Below, in pieces: positions 1 through 12,121 of a stretch of 38,774 bases of DNA. The translations under genes and the position numbers were made by a program. Position 1 is the stretch's first letter, and each line of letters opens with the position of its first letter. Where the stretch lies: positions 108,061,488-108,100,261 of the forward strand of contig NC_068983.1 of NCBI RefSeq assembly GCF_001194135.2, in the 5' to 3' direction. The DNA is from Octopus bimaculoides. Lineage: Eukaryota. The notes below the pieces were generated by a model. The model did no database searches and was not told the DNA's origin. It was given only the letters and a program-made list of their open reading frames with translations.

Positions 1-412
1 GATAAGAATTTTTGAATAAAGGAAAATGGGTAGTGGTGGGTAGGTACCGCTAGCGAGTAGATAGGGCTCTTAATTGTAGATTTTAAATATTTGAGAGACA
101 ACAATGCATAAATCGTAATTTTTAAAAGAGCAATGAATTCTGGGTGATTAGAATATAACGTAGCATGAATTTAGGAAGCTTAGAAAAGAAAAGAAAAGAA
201 AACTAAAGAATGTACTCAAGACCAAACCAAGAAGGTAATAATGCATAAACAACAATATAAACACCACAATAACAATAATTTCATCTAAATGGACATGTGT
301 GTGTGTGTGTGTGTGAGAGAGACAATTAATGATTTTTTTTATACTTCCTGTCAAGTCAACATCTGGTAGCTCTGCACTTTCAAATTTCTATAGCATAAAA
401 ATAATCCCTTAC

Positions 413-482
413 TTGAAAATTGAGCCATGTTTCGCAACAGCGTTAAAAATTGCACCACAAATACCTCACCCGTTCAGCCAAT
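413..482 (-). promoter_or_regulatory. Candidate promoter and first coding exon of a minus-strand gene (M-A-Q-F-S, then a donor)
   Basis: Minus strand reads gcgaaacATGGCTCAATTTTCAA|gtaagg (ATG 428-426, donor 412-407). A CCAAT box (agCCAATgc) lies at 478-482. About 7 CpG in 1-480 against a CpG-poor background. Inference only. Confidence 0.25.
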
Positions 483-581
483 GCTTAACATGCAAAAATA
501 AACATTAAATAAATAAAAAAGTTATATATATATATATATCTATATATTAAGATCCACAAAGAGCAGAACTTCTCTGCAGGT

Positions 582-683
582 CTTGGTGGTCCAAATCAGA
601 GATACAATCTATGTGGGTGTCTTTTCAGAACATTGTCTGGTTTAAAAAGCCACATCATATGCCATGACAGTGCTAAAGTGTAG
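582..683 (+). pseudogene. Degenerate C2H2-like zinc-finger remnant, possibly the C-terminal finger of a LINE ORF
   Basis: Translates LGGPNQRYNLCGCLFRTLSGLKSHIICHDSAKV*, resembling CxxCG..F...SGL..H...H with the first Cys missing. Confidence 0.3.
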
Positions 684-1034
684 GTACAGAAGGTGGTCAG
701 ACTCTGTATAAGGAGTAGACAACCACTATATATGTAAATAATTTCATTTGGGTATTAATCTTGGAGTTTACTCTTATTAAGTTCATCCACAGGACCAAGC
801 TATAAGACAACAGTAATGCAAATAACTGTTATGCATGATTCTGAAGAATTGACTTTTGATATGTGTGAATGACACCTCATGAATCAATAGTAGCATATAG
901 TATTGCATAATGTAGCAATATTCATGAGATCAAATTCGGATGAAAAATTGTAAATAACTGTAATAAAAGGACTTCCTCATTCCATTCTCCTTGTTTATAA
1001 TTATATCATACATATATTATATAACTAGCTGACG

Positions 1035-2221
1035 TACAGTTTGAATTCTACAAGGTATGGACTTGTACAAAGTTTTAATTGCTTCCAAAGGAACTTTTGT
1101 CCATTCTTCAGCTAAAACAGTCTCCACTTTTTGTAGTGATAATGGTGGAGGATATTGACTCCTTACTTGTTTTTCTAAAATGCACCATAAATGTTCAATA
1201 ATATTGAGATCTGGGGACTGTGGTGGCTAGATAAGGTGTTCAACTTCACTAGAATGTTCCTTGTGCCATTCAGTAACAACTTTAGCTGTGTGAACTTGTG
1301 CATTATCTTTCTGAAAGATTGCGTTTCCCTCCGGAAACAGTCCCACAACCATAGGATGAATTTAATCAGATAAAATACTTAAATAGTCATCACTATTAAT
1401 GCTGCCATGAAAGGAAACCATTGGGCCAGTGGATTTCCAAGATGTAGCCCCCCCCCCCCAGATCATCACAGATTCTCTTCTACATTTAACAGTTGGAAGA
1501 AGGCAATCTGGGTCAAATGCTTCTTTTGGCTGTCTCCACACATATACTCAGCCGGTGGTTGGAAATAAGGTAAAAGATGACTCATCTGAGAAAATAACAT
1601 TCTTCCACTGCTCTAGGGACCAATTCTGTAGGTTTTTATTCCACTCTAAACACTTTGAAACGTTTGTTTTTGAAAGAAGTGATTTTCTGATTGCAGCCCT
1701 CCCATGAAATCTGGCTTTGTGCAGCTCCTGGTGAGCAGTTTTTGTAGAAACTGGGTTCTTGAGGTGTCCATTAAGCTCTGCAGTAATTTTGGGAGCTGTA
1801 CTTTTGTGATCCTTTCTAACAATTTGCATATGAGTCCGACGGTTCCTATCTGAAAGCTTTGGTCTTTTCCAGAGTTTTGTTTTGACAAGGAAGTTTTTCT
1901 CTCTTTCTCAAAGGCTGGCATTACGTTCGAGACAGTACATCTTGATACACTAAACATTTCAGCAGTTTTCATCATGCTAGCGCTTGCCATACAAGCACCA
2001 AGAATTTGACGTCTTTGAAAGTCCGATAGAGCTGTCATTTTAATGAATTTTAATTACCTTTTTCTGATATTTGAAAAGAAACAGCAATATTAGCAAAACA
2101 TATTAAGCAACACTAATAATAAATCAAAAAACAAAAATAAACAAGCGTTTGATATTTTTATAGATATTTCAAAATTATGACTCTATGATGCTAGGTGTTT
2201 CCATTATTTTGTCCAATCCCT
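1035..2221 (-). mobile_element. Defective Tc1/mariner-superfamily DNA transposon, DD36E spacing
   Basis: N-terminal HTH region from ATG 2038 (MTALSDFQRRQILGA...), frameshift near 1862, then ...WKNVIFSDESSF (first D 1586-1584), IFQKDNA (second D 1307-1305) and *PPQSPDLNIIEHLW (E 1196-1194). A Tc1-like terminal repeat remnant ggtgtttccattattttgtccaatccct is at 2194-2221. Internal stops; 3' end and second TIR are lost. Confidence 0.92.
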
Positions 2222-2224
2222 CCT

Positions 2225-2725
2225 TAATTCTTCTATCCCTCTGCCTCTACCTCTCTCTCTTCTCTCCTCACATAACTGGTGTTCAGCCAAACCTGACCTT
2301 TCTTTCTTGGTTCGACTACCATTCATGCAACATCTATATTCTTCCCTGTGTCAGTCAGATCTTATGTCCCTGCCATAAGGCTTTACTTCTACACTCGCTA
2401 GCTTAATTTAATTTGTCCTTAGTCGAAAGACACCCGTTGTTAATGTCCTGTTACTTGTATTTGTGTACCATTCGCTGTTTTTTTTCCGTCCTTGTTTTCA
2501 TATACATTCGCTGCTTTCTTCCAAAGAATCTAGTGCTCTTAGCTTAGTTTTTCCTTGGGGCTAGCCATATTGGAGCAATCTCAAGTATAACCAGCCGAAA
2601 TTGTAAACATAATCTAGAACTCGACTGAAGATAGGAAACTCTGAATGACCCATCCTTGTTTTTTTTTGTATTGTCTGTCTGGATGTTTTGCGTTCTTGTC
2701 CCATCTTTGTATTTTATATATATAT
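2225..2725. repeat. Unclassified CpG-retaining interspersed repeat ending in (TA)n, possibly a Penelope-type terminus
   Basis: Abuts the Tc1 TIR, which lacks the terminal bases expected of such a TIR. CpG-rich relative to flanks and ends in a TA run near 2715-2729. The family assignment is from memory only. Confidence 0.3.
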
Positions 2726-2918
2726 ATATGAAATACACATAATATATATACGTGTGAGCATATATGTGTATATTATACATATGATACATATATACATATG
2801 TGATTGTAAAATATACTGCTATTTTAAAAATTTCTCTCAAGTTATATAAATTTCAGCAACATCTGGATATTTATTAAAGTCTTTAAATTGTAATACATAA
2901 GTAAAACATATTCTCCTG

Positions 2919-2974
2919 CAATGTGTAGGTGGACAACATTATTCTACAATGTGTAGGAGGACAACCTTATTGTT
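2919..2974. repeat. Two-copy 28-bp tandem repeat
   Basis: caatgtgtaggtggacaacattattcta followed by caatgtgtaggaggacaaccttattgtt (24/28 identical). Confidence 0.8.
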
Positions 2975-3806
2975 CAATAAAAGTTATGGCATTTTTTGTT
3001 AAGCATTCAATTTATATCCAACAACTACAACTGAAAGTGAGATCTGGCAACAAATTCACTCAGTCATGGTGAAACTGTTTAGAAAAATAGAAATTAATTT
3101 ACTGGCATGATTGGCTGACATTTTTCTTGTAAAATTTGTTTAAAAGAAATTTTATATTCATCTACACATACAGGCACCCACACACATACAGAAAATAAAT
3201 CTTTAATATTTTTCTCAATATTTAAAAACAAAATAGAGATAAATTCATTCAGTTTTTAAATGAATGAGTTGGTGGACAGTACATCCTTACTGAAATACTT
3301 ATTGATATTCAATGTTTAAAATTATATTCCGTGAAATAAATTATCTTAATGTCAACTATTAAGAATTCTGAAAATATCTAGCAAACTTTCCCCAACGAAA
3401 GAGTGTACAGCTTCTGTTATAAAATAACAAAGACAGAAAGGTGGAATCAACAAACCAATGCTCTTTAAAGAGATATAATCATTTTAAGCTAATTAAAGAT
3501 AGTGGCTTATAGAGGAAAGCCTTTTTATTCAAGCTGGTTTCTGCACTGATATCTGATCAATAACTGGCGTTTTTGCTATATTGTATTCTGGTATACTAAT
3601 GACTACAAGAAAGAAGATATATACTTAAGAAACCTTTAAAAAGTTTCATAAGTATTGGAGCGGGTAGTAAAAGAACTGACAAATAATAAGATATCTATTT
3701 TCATTTCATATTGCTATTGGAGAATGATAGTGTAGCTAGTTGCAGGATGCAGTAGATAAATCAGAAATTCACAGTATATGTGCCAGTAAAAGTTTACAAA
3801 TAGGTT

Positions 3807-4350
3807 ATCATCATTTTTACATGTGTTTCCAGGCTTGCATGAGTTTGATGGGTCTTCTCTACAGCAACTTGTCACTTCTTGTAGTTCCTTGTCATCCCTT
3901 CCATGAAGTTTAACCTTCTGAAATCCAGCATCAATGCTTCCTCATTACTCTTTCTCTCTCTCCCAAATGCTCCCTTCATTTTGATTGTTAGTCATTACAT
4001 TATTTAACTGTTATACCTCATGAGTGTGTATTAGCACGGTCCTCTCTGCCTTGCAAATTTCATCTAATTCCTCAAATACAGATCTTCTCACAGCTCATTT
4101 GCGCTCCATTTTTAAGCACTGTAACATAACACATCCAATAGAGCATGTTCACCTTATTTCTTTCCCACTTTCATATATTCTTTGCCTTCAATGCAACATC
4201 ACATTTCAGGTACAAGCATTACAGTCCATTCTTCACTCAAAGAGAGCAAGCCCCTTTATTACTGGTACAAGTATCTGAAATCTTTTCACCGCCTTCGATC
4301 CTATTTGTAACAGCCACTTCCACTTTTAGTTGTGCTACAAAAGCTATGAA
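3807..4350 (-). mobile_element. Decayed RTE-clade LINE 3' end
   Basis: Minus strand has frameshifted remnants resembling LLVTKGLSLRVKGRLY, MLxWMCxVxV and AVxEKT, followed by a catgcaagc...tgatgat tail. Confidence 0.7.
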
Positions 4351-5487
4351 CTACTTGTAGGGACCCTTCCAATCATTTAAAAAAGCATTTAAAAGATTTT
4401 ATTTCACGAATATTTTTACTGATAATTTCTTCTGCACACAAGCCACATACAAAACCTTACATTTAAACTAGCATGTGTTGAATTTCACTGCAACTCTTAA
4501 GCACCTATAGTTTACATTTGATATACCACTGGAACTTGAACCTCATCCTTTCCTGCATATCAGGTACTTCTCAGATAACAGCTGAACCCTGCCTTCTTTG
4601 CTGCATACTAAAACGTGTGTCTTTGCTAGAGAAGTGTAATAAACAGGAAATGGCTGAAAACCAAAACCTGATGGACATCTAAATTCAAGCTAAATTCTTC
4701 ATTTGTTTTCAAAACTACTCTTTCATTATATCTCATTAGCATCAAATAAAAGCCAAAAAACTTTTCTGCCATTATTCTATACAAATGCATTTTTCAAAAA
4801 AAAGTCATCATATTCCCAAGAATTACATAAACACTATAAGAACTGATATCATTTTAACCATTTTCAAAAGAACCATGTTAATTATATTTCCTTCTGACTA
4901 TCTGACAGCAGATGCACCTTTTTAAAGAAATGTATTGGACATGATTGACAGATGCCAATGTTGGGTGTAGTAGTAGTAGTAGTAGTGGCAGCAGCAGCTG
5001 CAAGTCTTACATCTTGGAGCAAATATTTAGACATTATGCAAAACACTGACTGCAATTTGTGACGATGGTTGTTTGATGCACAGTAATTTTAAAGGAGACA
5101 CAAAAGAATATGTTAAACGAGAAGCTGTAGGTAGTGCCTAGTATAGCATTAATTTAAATCTATTTGATTTGTAATTATGTTTTCAATAGCTACATACTAT
5201 CTGCCAAATTCATAAATATGTTAACTATCCCTGGAGGAGTAAGTGTGTGCGTGTACATATTTCTATATATGTTTGAATAAAATACAAATATATATATATC
5301 TGAGATGATTTTTGTACACAAAAAGGGTGAACAGCCACACATTCATAACAATCCAACAATGACAATAACTAGGTGCCTACTGACATATGAACCAGATATC
5401 TCTTGCGTGTTCTGCAAGTAAGTGATGCCAAGTATCTATTAAAATTAATTAAGTATTCATTAACAATTTATTCCCTTTTAATTTCAG

Positions 5488-5602
5488 ATTAATTTTTAAG
5501 TACACATGAAACCAAAATGGGATATATGGCTACATTTGACATTAATAGAAGACTGGTTCATCGAGCTGTAACTAAATGAAATTTATGAGTCCATGTTTAT
5601 AG
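5488..5602 (+). other. Candidate non-coding or 5'UTR exon preceded by a 70-nt intron (5418-5487)
   Basis: Donor caa|gtaagt at 5418, branch-like ttaac near 5460, acceptor ttccttttaatttcag|A at 5487, donor AG|gtgagt at 5603. Stops occur in all three frames. Confidence 0.3.
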
Positions 5603-5749
5603 GTGAGTGCTATGTATTTCAAATAAATACTTGTAGCTTAATTTGAAACAAACAAAAAGATGCAAATTTTCTGTTTGCATTAAGGAAATACATGATTCAA
5701 ATCTTACCAAAGTGTTATTTGTTATATATACAAAAAGAGGAATGAGATT

Positions 5750-5944
5750 ATACAAGAGAGAAGACTGCAGTGGTTCAGTCATGCAATGCATATGGACAAG
5801 GAGGGCTGTATAAAGAAATGCTTGTTGTTTAAATTGGATGGAACTAGTGAAAAAGGGAGACCCAGAGAAATCTGGGACAAAGTAGCAGAGACTGATCTAG
5901 AGATGCTGAACCTTATGGAGGAGATGATAAAGGAATCCTCCTGA
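5750..5944 (+). mobile_element. RTE LINE ORF C-terminal fragment
   Basis: Open 64-codon frame IQERRLQWFSHAMHMDKEGCIKKCLLFKLDGTSEKGRPREIWDKVAETDLEMLNLMEEMIK matches the RTE C-terminal pattern RRLxWxGH..RM...G.R.RGRP...W. Confidence 0.85.
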
Positions 5945-7739
5945 TCATAACTGACAGAGTGTCAGTGTATTAGATACATTATTCCCATGATATATTGCTG
6001 TTTGCTGCCTCCTGCTAAATACAGCAACAACATGACACTACTAGCATTTCATACAGATGATGAGACCAGAAATGACTTGAAACATTAATTGACTTAAGAA
6101 AATTATTGTTCCAAAATAAAGCACAATAGCTTAATAAGGAAATATAAAAAATACACAATAAAATCAACTAATTTTGATTACATCAGTGTACTCAATATCA
6201 CAGGTTTGAAAGAAAAGATATTCCCATAATACATATCACGATGAAGTAGCAAAAAAAAAAAAAAAAAAAGCACATTTGAAATCTGTATATTAGAAAGTCA
6301 TCCAAGGAAATTCCTCAACTGAGATGACATTGAAAACTCACTAAATAACAACTGTTCACGTAATTTTTTTTATAGCTATCAACAAATACTGATTTTGTTT
6401 ACACTGAGGAAGAATGAACAATAAATAGAAGCTTACTCACCTTTTCAAGTTAAATGTTTGTTGCTTATCCAAGAAACATAATTTCCTGTCTTATGATATA
6501 CACATATCTTTGATAAAATTACACACCCCAAATAAAGCTGCACCTTAATTGTGATCAAAGGAGAAAGGATGTTGAACTTGAATTACTTTATCATTCCCTT
6601 AAGACTCTTGGTGACAAAAGTACAATAAAAATTGGAAATTTATTTAGGAGAGCAACAAAAAGAAAAATAGAATGAACAACAAAATATATCCAATAAGAAT
6701 GTTAAACTATTATAGCGCTGCAAGATTTATAAAACAATTATAAAATTATAACAAAAATGAGTAATGTGCTCATTATTATAAAGAAAGACACATCTCAAAT
6801 ATTGGCAATATATTACAGGATCATGGTAAGTAAATTCACCAAAATTAGGAAAAAGAATGTTGCACAATTAAGAATTAAGCTAAATAAATTAATCACCATT
6901 GTTAACACAGAAATAGGAATTATTTCCAATATACAAAAGCAGATTTTACCCCAGCAAACATTTATGGTGCTTTAAAAATTTACAATTAGAATAACTGCCC
7001 CAGCTCTGTTTTCTAATCTCCTAAATCAACACACCAAATCAGAGAATTGCTAAACAAGCAGTTAGTATTATAAAGAGATATCCAACAGATACAACATATG
7101 GTCATCAGGTGAATTCCTAGAAATTTTACAAGAAACTGACAATGCTGACAATACTGACGCTAAAGATGTTGAAAACGATTTTAATGATGTTCTCATAATG
7201 GTAATTATAGGAATAATATTACACAAGATATACATACTACAATAAAATCACATAATAAGCCAGGGAAAATCCTCAAGAAGTTTCTATTAGCCTGAATAAT
7301 AAGCATTCTGTTCCATTGCACACAATGGAATCTGTAAATCTCACATCTCCCACATCATTACATTCTACATAAAGTAAAATAAAGTTGTTCTTAAACATAA
7401 TCTCATCATATATATGAAGAACATTAATGAGGTGTTCACTGTGATAGAATTATAAAAGATTTTTAAAAAATAATTCCAACTTTACTTTTACAATCCAACA
7501 TAGATCCAGCATGAATTCTGAACACAACACTAACCTAAGCTTAGATATAAAGCAAAAAATAAGGAACAACCTATGTAGTTCCTAAATATACACAAAAAAA
7601 AAAAATGAACAAATGCATGAGAATAGCCAGTGACTCGAGATACAGGAAGTGTCTGTTGGCACATTATTTTGAGTGGTGATTTCACCCTCTAAAGATGCTT
7701 TAAACAAGAAAACATAATATACAAATTTCAGTTATAAAC

Positions 7740-8340
7740 AAGAAAATTTTAAACTTTGATTCAAGCATTGGATACACAAGATACACTTACACCTCTTCAC
7801 ATACATTACAATACAACAATTTCTAAATCTACACACACACGCACACACAAACAGAACAATACATATAACATACACAAACACACATGCAGTCTCACCACAC
7901 ACACAAACACACAACACAGGGTGACCATGCATGAACAAAGAATAATTACTCTTCCATATCACTCACACACATACACAGATATACCAACACATACATAGAC
8001 ACATGTACAGCTTATTACCTAGCTACTCAAGTTCATTAGCCAACCAGCAACCAGTACTTGAACACATGTACACATCAACAACGTTCACAATACTATACAT
8101 GAAATGTCTGTCTCCATACATACATGCATAGACATGTACATATAAGACACACATGCATAGACATGTACATATAAGACACACACACATACACAGGCATGCA
8201 CACCAACCCACACAGGCACACACACACATAAAAACATGTAAATATAACAAACATGACACACAAAGAATCACAAAAACTCTGACACAACATCTCAAAATCT
8301 CACACATACATGCACCCAGACCAGCACATATACAGACACA
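7740..8340. repeat. Degenerate CA-rich low-complexity tract with a perfect 29-bp tandem duplication (8122-8179)
   Basis: acac/acat-rich sequence; acatgcatagacatgtacatataagacac occurs twice in tandem. Confidence 0.85.
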
Positions 8341-8559
8341 GGCCTCTGTCAAAAAAAAAAAATTAAAAAAATAAAACACCATCTAAACCGCCATCCAACT
8401 TCTAGTCAGTCACTGGACAGCTTGTAGACAAACTCCATGTGGCTGTTTCCAATATGATTGCATTTTTTAACTCCCCCCTTCCTTTATTTGTCTATTTTCT
8501 CCTATTTCCACTATCTCAAAAAGGACTACATTCAAAGCATTAGAGCAATCCATTCTTCC

Positions 8560-8750
8560 ACTTGTTTATGTGTCAAACTAATACTATTGATTGTGAATTT
8601 ATCTCATCAGTGCAGTTTCAGGTCAGAATACTCCACAACTGACATTGATCCCTGCCTCTTCCAACAATACTAAGGAAAATGCAGAAAGAATTGACAACCA
8701 TTTCACACTGTTTCATTAACTAATGAAGACCTTTGACTTTGTGACAAGCT
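8560..8750 (+). mobile_element. RTE LINE reverse-transcriptase remnant
   Basis: QCSFRSEYSTTD...GKCRKN*QPFHTVFIN, then after a frameshift KTFDFVT. Matches QCGFRxGRSTTD...EKCRE...LYxAFIDLxKAFDxV. Confidence 0.7.
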
Positions 8751-8854
8751 TTCTGAATATCCATGGATATTCCATGTGTACTTTAACTACTATCATAAGT
8801 GTGTGTGTGTGTGTGTGTGTGGGTGTGCGTGTGTGTGTGTGTGTGTGTGAAATG

Positions 8855-8978
8855 GGCTTCTTTCAGCTTCTGTCTACCAAATCCACTCAATAGGCATCGG
8901 CCAGATGCCATGCAATTGGTTTGAAACCAGAACCACGTGGTTAGAAAGCATACTTCTTACCACATGGCCATGCCTGTG
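8855..8978 (-). mobile_element. tRNA-derived SINE head fragment (octopus-type)
   Basis: tttcagcttctgtctaccaaatccactca...aaccacgtggttagaaagcatacttcttaccacatggcc resembles the SINE copies at 16531 and 25283. Confidence 0.7.
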
Positions 8979-9126
8979 TATATATGTATTTAGACATATA
9001 TATCTGTGTACATAATATGCATTGGCACTCACATGCATATAAGTGTGTGCGCATGTGTGTGCATGTGTAAAATAACAGTATCAGACACATGTATATGTTT
9101 GTGTTTATGTGCAAAATAATATTTAT

Positions 9127-9337
9127 NNNNNNNNNNNNNNNNNNNNNNNNNNNNNNNNNNNNNNNNNNNNNNNNNNNNNNNNNNNNNNNNNNNNNNNNNN
9201 NNNNNNNNNNNNNNNNNNNNNNNNNNNNNNNNNNNNNNNNNNNNNNNNNNNNNNNNNNNNNNNNNNNNNNNNNNNNNNNNNNNNNNNNNNNNNNNNNNNN
9301 NNNNNNNNNNNNNNNNNNNNNNNNNNNNNNNNNNNNN
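9127..9337. other. Assembly gap (N)
   Basis: Run of N. Other gaps are at 10200-10299, 11165-11540, 26960-27008 and 36889-36898. Confidence 1.
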
Positions 9338-10055
9338 ATGTGTGTATGTATACAGGCATATATATATATCAATGTACATTCATATTAATGTAATTAGTTA
9401 TAATATATTTGAAGTAGGCATATATGATTCTAATTTTATGTGTTCATATAATACCAAGAGTGATATAAGTATGTGTATGAATATGTATATGCATTTAAGT
9501 ATACATGTATATACATATCAACACACACATATATATATATATATATACATATGTGTGTGTGTGTGTGTGTGTGTGCATGCGTGCGCATTAGTGTATGTGT
9601 ATATACATATATACGTGCATGTGCACATTATGTATATATAACACACACACATTTATATATACTGATGCATTTATTTATATGTGTGCAAATAAGGGTATGC
9701 ATTTTTTTTTTTATTCCTATTACCTTTTTTCTTTCATTTTATTTTATTTTATTTCTTTATTTAGTTACTTTACAGCTTACCGGGCAGACTATTTAGAACA
9801 TGCATTATTCATGTGATGTAATTTTTTTCTGGAACAAATTAGGGATAATTATATATATCAATTACTATGGTCTTTATAAGTGAAATCCCTCAAATTTGAA
9901 ACCAGTTTGATAAGTGCCATGCATGAAACTCCCAGCCTTTGAATCAACTTTGTAACAACTAGTGATTAAAAATAATATATATATATATATATTGACTTTG
10001 AGACAAGCTTTCTGAATAGCCATGGAGACTCCATGTGTACTATAACTATTACCAT

Positions 10056-10101
<46 letters not shown>

Positions 10102-10299
10102 GTGTGCGTGTGTGTGTGTAAGATGGACTACTTTCAGCTTCTAGAGGCATTGGTCACAAACATGCCAAATAAGACTAGATGAACTTAAAAACTACCTACN
10201 NNNNNNNNNNNNNNNNNNNNNNNNNNNNNNNNNNNNNNNNNNNNNNNNNNNNNNNNNNNNNNNNNNNNNNNNNNNNNNNNNNNNNNNNNNNNNNNNNNN

Positions 10300-10805
10300 C
10301 CAATAATCCTACAAAGCCCCAAAATGGGAAACCTACTAAACAAATATTGTATAAAAAAATAGTAAACGCCAAGAGAAAAACCTAACAAGAGCAAAATTCT
10401 CATCAGAGAATAAAACCGAATTCTTCGTAAAAGAGTTTGGAGATGATAGATGTGGAACCTGCAGTAACCCCATCTACAAATATATAGAGGGGGAACAAAC
10501 AAATAAAATTTAAGAATGGTCACACATTCAAAGTAAATGTGGACATGAATTGAAAGACGTGGAATGTAATATACTGCATAACCTGCCCCACATGCAAGGA
10601 GAATTATATAGGCGAAACTGGAAGTTCTTTATGCCAACGAGCCAGAATTCACCGACAACATGTCCGACAGGAGGAACTACAAAAGATTCCATTGAGTGAA
10701 CATTTAGAAGCATGTGGAGAAGGAAAATTTAAGATCTTTCCCTTCTATAAATGCCTAAGGAATGACACCTTCATAACAAAATTCTCACCGAAACTGAATG
10801 GCTGA
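10300..10805 (+). mobile_element. Penelope-like element GIY-YIG endonuclease remnant with Cys-rich linker
   Basis: NLTRAKFSS...DDRCGTC, frameshift, then IKFKNGHTFKVNVDMN*KTWNVIYCITCPTCKENYIGETGSSLCQRARIHRQH...PLSEHLEACG...FKIFPFYK...PKLNG* (10503-10805). VIY...YIG is the GIY-YIG motif. One frameshift and one internal stop; the 5' part is in a gap. Confidence 0.9.
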
Positions 10806-11025
10806 AAACATGAAAATCACAACCCATCTAGAACTATTAAACTAGTCTGTATAATAATGTCCTCACAATGTACAAGAAATTGTATGCATATCTGTTCCAT
10901 TGAGCTCCTCCACAAGACACTTTCCCTTGTACATTATTGCCCATCCTAATATCTTCATTTTTGAAAAGAATTGTTCCTTATTTTCATTCCTCTTGAAAAA
11001 TATATGTGTGTGTGTGTGTGTGTGC

Positions 11026-11058
<33 letters not shown>

Positions 11059-11735
11059 GCTGTGACTGGTGAAATATCACTATTTCTGTAATGATTTGTA
11101 CTGGATGAAGAACCAAATTTGTAAAGTAAACTGTTAATTTTTTTATATTTCACCAACAATTTTCNNNNNNNNNNNNNNNNNNNNNNNNNNNNNNNNNNNN
11201 NNNNNNNNNNNNNNNNNNNNNNNNNNNNNNNNNNNNNNNNNNNNNNNNNNNNNNNNNNNNNNNNNNNNNNNNNNNNNNNNNNNNNNNNNNNNNNNNNNNN
11301 NNNNNNNNNNNNNNNNNNNNNNNNNNNNNNNNNNNNNNNNNNNNNNNNNNNNNNNNNNNNNNNNNNNNNNNNNNNNNNNNNNNNNNNNNNNNNNNNNNNN
11401 NNNNNNNNNNNNNNNNNNNNNNNNNNNNNNNNNNNNNNNNNNNNNNNNNNNNNNNNNNNNNNNNNNNNNNNNNNNNNNNNNNNNNNNNNNNNNNNNNNNN
11501 NNNNNNNNNNNNNNNNNNNNNNNNNNNNNNNNNNNNNNNNATAGATGTAAACACAATTCCTTCTTCTTCCTTTCTTCCTTCTTTCTTTCCTTCTCTTTTC
11601 CACTGACACTCCTTTCAGATACACAGGCACACACACATACACACACAAAAACACACCCGCTATCTCTCACTGGACAATGATGGTAATTTTTCGAAAAACA
11701 ACTTTCTTCCAAGCAATGCCCCCCCCCCCTTAAAT

Positions 11736-11925
11736 ACTACACTCTCGGAGTGGTTGGCATTAGGAAGGGCATCCAGCTATAGAAACTCTGCCAAATCAGA
11801 TTGGAGCCTAGTGTAGCCATCTGGTTCGCCAGTCCTCAGTCAAATCATCCTCAGTCAAATCGTCCATGCAAGCATGGAAGGTGGATGTTAAACGATGATG
11901 ATGATGATGATGATGATGACGATGA
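11736..11925 (+). mobile_element. RTE-tailed short repeat (LINE 3' UTR or SINE) with (GAT)n tail
   Basis: ggagtggttggcattaggaagggcatccagc...catgcaagcatggaaggtggatgttaaacgatgatgatg; internal 15-bp tandem duplication at 11833-11862. Confidence 0.8.
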
Positions 11926-12121
11926 GATTTTCAGTTCTATTTTTCCTATTTGCATTACCAAACATACACACTACCATATATGTGCTCATGCATATATTTA
12001 TGCATGTATGCTTATATGCATACATACATGTCAGAACCAGAATATATTTACCCCTTTAAAAACAACGAATAAATATTGAAGTATTCCAACAGAAGAAACA
12101 ACAATCTGATTCAAATACAAC

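Noticed and set aside
2620-2655. CTGAAGA...GAAAC hammerhead-like core
   Set aside because: Only 3 nt lie between the core halves, there is no valid UH cleavage site, and no helix I pairing.
6437-6560. Minus-strand donor AAG|gtgagt with possible exon
   Set aside because: The acceptor options are weak and the longer version has stops in all frames.
7732-11712. Many 60-260 aa ORFs rich in CV, YI, HT or X
   Set aside because: Translations of (CA)n and (TA)n microsatellites and N-gaps. The same applies to ORFs at 19716-20124, 33744-34016 and 36672-37030.
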